Assembly (NCBI GenBank): GCA_051747805.1 | Contig: JBNJGP010000067.1 | Coordinates: forward strand, 1 to 15,229 | Source of the DNA: Candidatus Muiribacteriota bacterium | GTDB lineage: Bacteria; Muiribacteriota; Muiribacteriia; Muiribacteriales; Muiribacteriaceae | Reading direction: 5' to 3' | DNA length: 15,229 bases | Shown: piece by piece, positions 8,200-15,229 of the stretch | Position numbering within the stretch: the stretch's first letter is position 1 | Layout: each line of letters begins with the position of its first letter | Translations under genes and position numbers: made by a program | The notes under the pieces: model-generated | What the model was told of the DNA's origin: nothing | The model's input: only the letters and a program-made list of their open reading frames with translations | The model's database searches: none

Positions 8200-8878
8200 A
8201 AACATAATTGAGGCTTTTGAAAATAAGATTAATATAAAATTTAATAATAAAACTATTTTAAAAAGAGCTTTAACCCACAGTTCTTGTGACGAAACCGATA
8301 TTGACAATGAAACGCTTGAATTTCTGGGGGATTCTGTTCTTGGATTAATTATTTCAGAATATTTAATATTGAATTTTCCGAAAGAGAACGAAGGTTTTCT
8401 TGCTAAAGTACGTGCCTATCTTGTAAGAACTGAAAAACTCCATGAAATTGCCTTGAAAATGGAACTTGGTAAATATCTTTTAATTGGAAAAGGTGAAGAA
8501 AAATCAGGTGGACGTAAAAGAAGCTCTATTCTTGCAAATGCTCTTGAGGCCGTGATTGGGGCGGTTTATCTTGACAAAAGACTTGACACTACCGCAAAAT
8601 TTGTTTTAAATATATATAAAGAAGACTTAAAGAAAAAAAATATTGATTTAAATCAGTTTTTTGATTTTAAAACTAAATTGCAGGAATTCTGTCAGAAAAA
8701 ATTTCATCAAATTCCTGTCTATAAAGTAATAAGTGAAAGAGGGCCAGATCATAATAAAATTTTTGAAATAGAAGTTAATATAACAAATAAAGTATTTGGT
8801 TACGGAACTGGACACTCCAAGAAAGAAGCTGAACAAAACGCTGCAAAAGAAGCTTACTTTAAAATTAGTAAAGGCTAG
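8189..8878 (+). CDS. rnc: Ribonuclease III
   Basis: ALTHSS, NETLEFLGDSVL signature, ANALEAVIGAVYLD, C-terminal dsRBD (DFKTKLQE...GPDH...SKKEAEQNAA). Overlaps fabF by 11 bp. Confidence 0.97.
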   Translation: MQIENIIEAFENKINIKFNNKTILKRALTHSSCDETDIDNETLEFLGDSVLGLIISEYLILNFPKENEGFLAKVRAYLVRTEKLHEIALKMELGKYLLIGKGEEKSGGRKRSSILANALEAVIGAVYLDKRLDTTAKFVLNIYKEDLKKKNIDLNQFFDFKTKLQEFCQKKFHQIPVYKVISERGPDHNKIFEIEVNITNKVFGYGTGHSKKEAEQNAAKEAYFKISKG

Positions 8879-8890
8879 GGGGATTTGAAA

Positions 8891-9154
8891 ATGGAAATAC
8901 TAAAAGTTGGAGCAAATTCTAAACCAAAAGCTGTAGCTGGTGCACTTTCTGCCGTTATTGAAAAAAACGGGGCTGTTGAAATGCATTCTGTTGGAGCGGG
9001 AGCTGTAAACCAGGCCGTAAAAGCAATAGCAATTGCCAGAGGCTTTGTTGCGCCTAAAGGAATTGATCTGGTTACAATTATTGCCTTCACCACTGTTGAA
9101 ATTAACGGGCAGGAAAAAACGGCAATAAAATTTATAATTAAACCAAGTAAATAA
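8891..9154 (+). CDS. spoVS: SpoVS family protein
   Basis: MEILKV..NSKPKAVAGAL..VGAGAVNQAVKAIAIARGFVAP..GIDL. The ATG at 8891 is preferred over the TTG at 8885 because GGGGGA lies 7 nt upstream of it and MEILKV is the typical family start. Confidence 0.93.
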   Translation: MEILKVGANSKPKAVAGALSAVIEKNGAVEMHSVGAGAVNQAVKAIAIARGFVAPKGIDLVTIIAFTTVEINGQEKTAIKFIIKPSK

Positions 9155-9175
9155 CTTTTTTTCAGGGATTATTTA

Positions 9176-9934
9176 TTGAAGAAAACTACTGTTTTATTTG
9201 TAATTATTTTTTATTCTTTTTTTTATATTTATGCCCAGAATATTGAAGAAAACCTAGAATTATTTTCTAAGGGACAAGAATTATTTGAAAAAGAAGAATA
9301 TAAAGAGGCTATTTCAATTTTTGAACAAATAAAATCATTTTTTTCTAATACTGCAGAGGGCGGGGAAATTTATTACAAACTTGGAAAAAGTTATCTTCGG
9401 CTTAATAATTTAGAAAAGGCAGTTTTAAATTTCAAAAACTATCAAAAATTTTTTTCATATGGCGAGCATATTGCCGAGGTGGACGCTAAACTTTCGGAAC
9501 TTGAAGATATTCAGTCTTATTTTAAGGAAATTCCCGAAGAGACTACAGAGAGCTCAACATATATGGAAAAAGCCAGGAAAGCAAAAGATATTCATCTATA
9601 TGATACTGCTATAAAATATTTAAAAAAAGCTGTTGAACTGGAGACAGAGAATCCAGTATATCATATGGAGCTTGCTCTGCTTTATAATAAAAAACATAAT
9701 ATTACCTCATATAATCCAAAAAATAATTATATGAAAAATGAACTTGAACAATATGAAGAAATTACAAAACATATAAGTTCGCCAGAAATTAATTATAATA
9801 AAGCAGTTTTATATTTTAGAACAGGTGATTTTGAAAACGCAGAAAACCTTTTCAAAAAAGTAATTGAAGGGTCTTCTAATTCTTTTCAGGCGAAATCTTC
9901 CCAAATTTATTTAAATAAAATTTCTAATTTGTAA
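9176..9934 (+). CDS. Exported tetratricopeptide-repeat protein (BamD/YbgF-like helical repeats)
   Basis: Signal-peptide-like MKKTTVLFVIIFYSFFYIYA. TPR-like segments LFSKGQELFEKEEYKEAISIF, YYKLGKSYLRLNNLEKAVLNF, YNKAVLYFRTGDFENAENLFKKVI. Confidence 0.75.
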   Translation: MKKTTVLFVIIFYSFFYIYAQNIEENLELFSKGQELFEKEEYKEAISIFEQIKSFFSNTAEGGEIYYKLGKSYLRLNNLEKAVLNFKNYQKFFSYGEHIAEVDAKLSELEDIQSYFKEIPEETTESSTYMEKARKAKDIHLYDTAIKYLKKAVELETENPVYHMELALLYNKKHNITSYNPKNNYMKNELEQYEEITKHISSPEINYNKAVLYFRTGDFENAENLFKKVIEGSSNSFQAKSSQIYLNKISNL

Positions 9935-9958
9935 ATTTAAAAAAAAATATGATATAAT
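9929..9958 (+). promoter_or_regulatory. Sigma70-type promoter (extended -10) for the coiled-coil gene and valS
   Basis: TTGTAA (9929-9934), 18 bp spacer, TATAAT (9953-9958) preceded by TG at 9950-9951. Confidence 0.7.
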
Positions 9959-9992
9959 TTTACTCAATAAATTTTAAAAAGAGGTTTTTTAT

Positions 9993-11303
9993 ATGGACGT
10001 AACTGCCGAATTTTACAAAAAATTAAATCAGCAACTTATAACCAAAGACAATTTAATTAAATTACTTAAAAATGAAAATCAGCAGTATAAAGAGAAAATA
10101 AAAGAATTAGAACAGGTGGAAGCTAAACCTGATGAATTAATAAATCAAATTGATAAACTTGAAAAACAGGTGCAGAATAAAGAAAGTATGATAAAAGAGT
10201 TAGAAAGTAGTTTGCAGGAATCTCAGTCCAATGTAGAGTCGGTTGATAATGAATCTATTCAAAAAGAAATTAAAAATCTTCAGGATTATAACAGAAACCT
10301 GGAAGAAGAAAATAAAAAGTTAAAAAACAGCATAGAAGAAATAAGTCAATCAAATGATACAATGGCTATTGATGATGAAAAAAAGAAACTTATTGAAGAG
10401 AATGCTGATTTAAAAGAAGATATTGATGATTATAAAAGCCAGGTAGATAATCTTAAAAAGCAGTTTTCTGATATTGATGATTTAATTAAAGAAAATTCAC
10501 ATTTAAAAGAAAAAATAAAAAACTATAATGAATATAAACTTCAGGTAGAAACCTTAAAAACAGAAAAACAGATTCTTGAATCTAAAATCAGAGAAACTGA
10601 TTTTAATTCATCTATGAAAAAAGATGAAGAGGAACTGCTTCTTAAAATTAAAGATAATCTAATGGATAAAATTAAAGGAGCAGAAGAAGAAGTAAACAAG
10701 CTTAAAAAAGAAAAAAATGTTTATGAGAATGATGTTAAAAAAATAACATTACAGGCAGAAAACTTAAGAAAAGAGCTTGAAAATGTTAAGAAAAAACTTG
10801 GAGAATTACGTAGCGAGAATTCAAGGTTATCGGTTGCTGAAAATAATCATAAGATTGAAATTGAGGATTTGAAAAGTCAGCTTAAAAATTCCGAGGAGTT
10901 ATATAAAGAAGCTGAAAACCAGCTTGAAAATCTTAATAAAAGACTGGAACTCAAAATAAAAGAGTTTAATGAGCTTTTATATGAAAAAGATACAGAGATA
11001 GACGATTTGAAAAGGAAACTTGAAGAAAGTAGAGACACAGTTGCAGAAAAAGATAAAAATATTTTTGAATTAAACTCAAAAATAGAAGAGCTTAATAAAA
11101 ATATTAAAAAAAGGGACGCTCAGATAGAAGAGTTTAAAGAGGAACTTCAGGAGCAGGAAAATATTTTCAACGAAAATAACGACCTTAAGTTAAAAATTGG
11201 TGATATTGAAATCAAAAACAAGGAACTACAGAATAAACTTGAATATGTAAAAGAGCAGGTACAGGTTCTAGGACAGTATGCGCTGACAATTTCCAATCCT
11301 TAA
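9993..11303 (+). CDS. Long coiled-coil protein of unknown function
   Basis: 436 aa, E/K/N/L-rich heptad pattern along almost the whole length, with no Walker motif or TM segment seen. GAGG RBS. Confidence 0.8.
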   Translation: MDVTAEFYKKLNQQLITKDNLIKLLKNENQQYKEKIKELEQVEAKPDELINQIDKLEKQVQNKESMIKELESSLQESQSNVESVDNESIQKEIKNLQDYNRNLEEENKKLKNSIEEISQSNDTMAIDDEKKKLIEENADLKEDIDDYKSQVDNLKKQFSDIDDLIKENSHLKEKIKNYNEYKLQVETLKTEKQILESKIRETDFNSSMKKDEEELLLKIKDNLMDKIKGAEEEVNKLKKEKNVYENDVKKITLQAENLRKELENVKKKLGELRSENSRLSVAENNHKIEIEDLKSQLKNSEELYKEAENQLENLNKRLELKIKEFNELLYEKDTEIDDLKRKLEESRDTVAEKDKNIFELNSKIEELNKNIKKRDAQIEEFKEELQEQENIFNENNDLKLKIGDIEIKNKELQNKLEYVKEQVQVLGQYALTISNP

Positions 11304-11331
11304 AAAATTTCAGAAGGAGCATTAAATAAGT

Positions 11332-13941
11332 ATGGACACAAAATATAATCCAGCCAATTATGAAAAAAAAATATTAAATGAATGGCTTGACAGCAGTCTT
11401 TCTCATTCAACTGTTGATAACAATAAAACTCCCTATTCAATTGTAATACCACCCCCGAATGTAACAGGGGTTCTTCATATGGGACATGCTTTAAACAATA
11501 CATATCAGGATATTTTAATAAGATGGGAGAAAATGCATAATAAAAATACCTGCTGGATACCCGGAACTGATCATGCGGGTATTGCCACACAGAATGTGGT
11601 GGAAAAAAAAATTAAAAAAGAAAAAAATAAATCACGTCATGATATTGGAAGAGATAGCTTTTTAAAAGAAGTCTGGGACTGGAAAAAACATCATGGCAAC
11701 TATATTATAGACCAGCTTAAAAAATTAGGTTGTTTCTGTGACTGGGAAAGAGAAAGATTTACTATGGATGATGGGCTTTCCGAGGCTGTTTTCAGTGCTT
11801 TTGAGAATTATTACAATAAAGGTCTCATATATAAAGGAGATTTTATCATAAACTGGTGTCCCAGATGTCAGACCGCCCTGTCAGATATTGAAGTTGAATA
11901 CTCAGAACAGGCGGGTAAACTTTATCATATTAAGTATCCTGTTGAGGGAGAAGAAAATAAATATGTTACTGTTGCAACTACAAGACCGGAAACTATGTTA
12001 GGTGATGTTGCAGTTGCTTTTCATCCAGAGGATAAAAGATATTCACATTTAAAGAATAAAAATATGCTTCTGCCACTTACAGAGAAAAAACTCAAAACAA
12101 TATTTGATGAATATGTTGATAAATCTTTTGGAACCGGTGCTTTAAAAGTTACACCTGCACATGATCCTAATGATTTTGAAATGGGTGTGAGGCATAATCT
12201 TGAGAGAATACTTGTGCTAGATGAAAGTGGAATAGTAAATAATAATGCTCCAAAAAAATATCGTGGTTTAAAAAGGGAAGAGGCAAGAAAAGTTATAGTA
12301 GAAGATTTAAAAAAACTTGGTTTAATTGAAAAAATAGAGAAACATCCTCATAGCGTGGGGGAGTGTTATCGATGTGATACTACTATAGAGCCTTATTTAT
12401 CAAAACAATGGTTTGTAAGAATGAAACCTCTTGCCAAAAAAGCAATTAAAGCAGTTGAAGAAGGAGAAATTAAATTTACTCCTGAAAGATGGAAAAAAGT
12501 TTATCTTGAATGGATGAACAATATTAGAGACTGGTGTATTTCAAGACAGATATGGTGGGGTCATAGAATACCAGTTTACTACTGCGATAATTGCAATGAA
12601 GAGATTGTAAGTTCTAAAAAACCTGATAAATGTCCTAAATGTGAATCTGAAAAAATAACACAGGATGAAGATGTTCTTGATACATGGTTTTCATCGGCCC
12701 TGTGGCCTTTTTCTACCCTTGGTTGGCCTGATAAAACCGAGGAGCTTGAATATTTTTACCCAACGAAAACTCTTGTTACAGCACCTGAAATTCTTTTTTT
12801 CTGGGTTGCCAGAATGATTATGAGCGGTTATGAGTTTATGGAAGAAAAACCATTTTCAAATGTTTTTTTAACTGGAACAGTCAGGGATGAAACTGGTAAA
12901 AAAATGAGCAAGTCCTACGGAAACGTTATAGACCCTCTTGAAATTATTGAAAAATATGGAGCAGATGCGCTTCGGTTTACTTTAATGGTTATTACAGCTC
13001 AAGGTCAGGATGTTTTTTTATCAGATGATAAGTTTCAGATAGGAAGAAATTTTTCAAACAAAATATGGAATGCATCCAGATTTGTAATTTCGAATATAAA
13101 AAAATTAGATAATAATTTTAATATTGAAAAACTTGATATACTTGATAAGTTTATTCTTCAGAGGTTTTATGATACAACTGTAAATGCTGATGAGGCTCTG
13201 AAAAATTTCAGGTTCGATATATATGCTAAAACTGTTTATGAATATGTGTGGGACGATTTCTGTGACTGGTATATTGAGGGAGTAAAATCTGAAATATATT
13301 CTGAGGGCAATGAGGATTCAAATAAATTAAAGCTAGTACTTTATCTTCTTCAGAATATATTAAAGATGCTTCACCCGGTTATGCCTTTTATAACTGAAGA
13401 AATATACAAGCACGTTACAGATGATAATAATTTTTTAGTAAATGATGATTTTCCGCTTATCAAGAAAAATGTTTATGATAAACAGGTCAGAAGTTTTGAG
13501 ATAATCAAAGAAACTGTTAGAGAAATTCGTAACTTAAAAAGTAATTCAGGAATTAAAAAGTCTTTAAAAATTAACGTCATTGTAAGTGATTGTGATTTCA
13601 GTTCTGATGAAATTAATTATATTGAGTTTTTTGGAAACTGTAATATAGATTTTAGTAAAAAGAAACTTTGTGATAATTATTCAAAAATTATTGTTGAGGG
13701 AAAAGAACTGTTTTGTAATCTTGATGAGTTTATTGACCTTGAAGAGGAAAAGAAAAGACTTGAGGTTGAAATAACTAAACTTGAGGCAGAAATTAAACGT
13801 TCTGAAAGAATGCTTGGAAACACTAAATTTGTAGAAAATGCACCTGAAAAAATTGTGCTTAATGAAAAAAAGAAATACGAAAAATATAAAAATTCGAAAA
13901 AAAAGCTTGATGAAGCATATGAAAAAATAATTAAAACTTGA
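11332..13941 (+). CDS. valS: Valine--tRNA ligase
   Basis: PPPNVTGVLHMGHA, PGTDHAGIATQ, ATTRPET, DWCISRQIWWGH, DVLDTWFSS, KMSKS, and C-terminal coiled coil (FVENAP). Confidence 0.98.
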   Translation: MDTKYNPANYEKKILNEWLDSSLSHSTVDNNKTPYSIVIPPPNVTGVLHMGHALNNTYQDILIRWEKMHNKNTCWIPGTDHAGIATQNVVEKKIKKEKNKSRHDIGRDSFLKEVWDWKKHHGNYIIDQLKKLGCFCDWERERFTMDDGLSEAVFSAFENYYNKGLIYKGDFIINWCPRCQTALSDIEVEYSEQAGKLYHIKYPVEGEENKYVTVATTRPETMLGDVAVAFHPEDKRYSHLKNKNMLLPLTEKKLKTIFDEYVDKSFGTGALKVTPAHDPNDFEMGVRHNLERILVLDESGIVNNNAPKKYRGLKREEARKVIVEDLKKLGLIEKIEKHPHSVGECYRCDTTIEPYLSKQWFVRMKPLAKKAIKAVEEGEIKFTPERWKKVYLEWMNNIRDWCISRQIWWGHRIPVYYCDNCNEEIVSSKKPDKCPKCESEKITQDEDVLDTWFSSALWPFSTLGWPDKTEELEYFYPTKTLVTAPEILFFWVARMIMSGYEFMEEKPFSNVFLTGTVRDETGKKMSKSYGNVIDPLEIIEKYGADALRFTLMVITAQGQDVFLSDDKFQIGRNFSNKIWNASRFVISNIKKLDNNFNIEKLDILDKFILQRFYDTTVNADEALKNFRFDIYAKTVYEYVWDDFCDWYIEGVKSEIYSEGNEDSNKLKLVLYLLQNILKMLHPVMPFITEEIYKHVTDDNNFLVNDDFPLIKKNVYDKQVRSFEIIKETVREIRNLKSNSGIKKSLKINVIVSDCDFSSDEINYIEFFGNCNIDFSKKKLCDNYSKIIVEGKELFCNLDEFIDLEEEKKRLEVEITKLEAEIKRSERMLGNTKFVENAPEKIVLNEKKKYEKYKNSKKKLDEAYEKIIKT

Positions 13942-13997
13942 GTTTAGCAAAAAAGAAAATAACTAAACTTAAGTAAAAAGTTGAGTTTAGCAAAAAA
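13935..13997. repeat. Direct/inverted repeat triplet at the valS stop
   Basis: TTGAGTTTAGCAAAAAA at 13938-13954 and 13981-13997, with the inverted copy CTAAACTTAAGT at 13963-13974 between them. Confidence 0.8.
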
Positions 13998-14041
13998 TAG
14001 AAATTTTAACCTGTAGATATTTAAAAAGCTTGATTTCACGG

Positions 14042-14275
14042 GGGGTCTGTGCCGAGCCCGAGCTTAAGCTTACAAAGGTCGGCCTGACCACTCGTTTTAC
14101 CGAAGGTCGTGTAAAGTCGATTATCATCGACAGTAAAGTCAGCTTAAGCTGACAGCAGTTCTCACACTGTTTCTTGGTCGAAGACCATTTACTGTTATCG
14201 ATAGATAACTTTACTATCACCTTTAGGTGATTTTACTAAGCTGAAAGCTTTTTACTTTTATGTAGGCCTGACCAC
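14042..14275. repeat. Long composite copy (C) of the hairpin-array element
   Basis: Starts GGGGTCTGTGCCG, has an internal GGCCTGACCAC at 14081-14091, then an array of hairpins with AGTAAA/TTTACT linkers, and ends GTAGGCCTGACCAC at 14275. Confidence 0.9.
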
Positions 14276-14427
14276 TGAAGACTTCGAATTTTTTTAAATC
14301 GAGTAAAAAGAAGAAAAACAAAAAAAAATAGAGTTAAATAGCTATATATTAAAATAAAATCTTTTTTTGCCCATAAAATGTCTTGAAATTATGTTGATTC
14401 ATTTTTTTTCCTGTGTTAAATAATATA

Positions 14428-14454
14428 TTAGCAACACAAAGAAACGGCTGCTAA
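14428..14454 (+). promoter_or_regulatory. Degenerate CIRCE (HrcA operator)
   Basis: TTAGCAACA-N9-GGCTGCTAA vs consensus TTAGCACTC-N9-GAGTGCTAA. Correct 27 bp length, directly upstream of the groES RBS. Confidence 0.75.
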
Positions 14455-14472
14455 TAAAAGAAGGAGGAAATT

Positions 14473-14766
14473 ATGTCAAAACTGAAACCAATCAGTAACA
14501 GAGTTGTTGTTGAAGTTAAAGAAGCGGAAGAAAAAACAAGCGGAGGAATTGTTTTACCTGAAACTGCCGCAAAAGATAAGCCGCAGGAAGGAAATGTCGT
14601 GGCGGTAGGGCCTGGCAAGATGATGGATAATGGTAATCTTGTCGAGTTGCAGGTAAAAGAAGGAGATAATATAATTTTTTCTAAATATGCTGGCACAGAA
14701 ATCAAATTAGATTCAAAAGAATATTTAATTCTTTCAGAAAATGATATTCTTGCAATTGTTGAATAA
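14473..14766 (+). CDS. groES: Co-chaperonin GroES
   Basis: [55 protein letters not shown]. Confidence 0.98.
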   Translation: MSKLKPISNRVVVEVKEAEEKTSGGIVLPETAAKDKPQEGNVVAVGPGKMMDNGNLVELQVKEGDNIIFSKYAGTEIKLDSKEYLILSENDILAIVE

Positions 14767-14791
14767 TTAAAAACAGGAGGAGTAAAATAAT

Positions 14792-15229
14792 ATGGCAAAA
14801 AGAATGATTTATACCGAAGAAGCTAGAAAAGCGCTTGAGAGAGGAGTAGATGCTCTTGCTAATGCTGTTAAAGTAACGTTGGGACCAAAAGGATGCTGGG
14901 TAGTACTTGATAAAAAATTTGGCTCTCCAACAATCACAAATGATGGCGTTACAATCGCGAAAGAAGTTGAGCTTGAAGATTCATATGAAAATATGGGAGC
15001 GCAACTTGTAAAAGAAGTTGCTTCTAAAACTCAGGATGATGCTGGTGATGGAACAACTACCGCAACTGTTCTGGCTCAATCAATGATAAGTGAGGGAATT
15101 AAAAATATCACAGCAGGTGCTAGTCCGGTTGCTATAAAGCGTGGAATTGAAAAAGCTACTGAAGAGGCTGTTAAATATATAAAAGATACATCAAGAGATG
15201 TTACAGATATGATTGCCGATGTTGCTTCA
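14792..15229 (+). CDS. groEL: Chaperonin GroEL (5' part; runs off the window and is absent from the ORF track)
   Basis: Manual translation: [67 protein letters not shown]. Confidence 0.97.
   Translation, partial: MAKRMIYTEEARKALERGVDALANAVKVTLGPKGCWVVLDKKFGSPTITNDGVTIAKEVELEDSYENMGAQLVKEVASKTQDDAGDGTTTATVLAQSMISEGIKNITAGASPVAIKRGIEKATEEAVKYIKDTSRDVTDMIADVAS

Noticed and set aside
9993..11303. Calling the coiled-coil gene smc because it lies downstream of rnc
   Set aside because: No Walker A/B, signature motif or hinge, and far too short.
11304..11331. T-box leader for valS
   Set aside because: The gap is only 28 bp and contains no T-box motif or terminator.
14042..14079. Tn3-family 38 bp terminal inverted repeat (starts GGGGTCTG)
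   Set aside because: Similarity ends after 8 nt, the ACGAAAA..TAAG inner part is absent, and no 5 bp target duplication is seen.
13987..14220. 77 aa minus-strand ORF over the element
   Set aside because: No recognisable motif or clear RBS. It is probably a by-product of the repeat sequence.
14110..14256. CRISPR array
   Set aside because: The constant unit is only 6 nt, the variable units are 13-16 nt palindromes, orientation flips mid-array, and no cas genes are present.
14257..14276. Pistol-like ribozyme on the minus strand (GUGG-UCAGGC-CUAC-AUAAAAG)
   Set aside because: No pseudoknot partner for the loop or downstream core was found, and the copy at 14081 breaks the stem.
346..14798. Short alternative-frame and antisense ORFs in the track (346-657, 2102-2284, 2664-2870, 4357-4590, 4652-4834, 5641-5853, 5672-5875, 7684-7866, 8648-8836, 8875-9093, 11300-11590, 13681-13950, 14451-14798)
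   Set aside because: They overlap well-supported genes and show no recognisable motifs, so they are treated as shadow ORFs.

Overview
AT-rich bacterial chromosomal region with every credible gene on the + strand: rpmF-plsX-[acyl-CoA dehydrogenase]-[ferredoxin-EtfA fusion]-fabD-fabG-acpP, a structured spacer, [FabX/FabK-like Fe-S flavoprotein]-fabF-rnc-spoVS-[exported TPR protein], a coiled-coil protein plus valS, and groES-groEL (partial) with a degenerate CIRCE. Two things stand out. (1) A dispersed non-coding element family with conserved ends GGGGTCTGTGCCG ... GGCCYGACCAC occurs at 1-79 (truncated), 5819-5872 and 14042-14275. The long copies carry an array of sequence-variable but size-fixed perfect hairpins (6 bp + 4 nt loop, or 5 bp + GAA loop) joined by a TTTACT linker, in both orientations. 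(2) The fatty-acid synthesis cluster has no fabH in this window; an acyl-CoA dehydrogenase and a 2x[4Fe-4S]-EtfA fusion occupy its usual slot, and a FabX-like Fe-S flavoenzyme lies nearby. All calls come from reading the sequence by eye; no searches were run.
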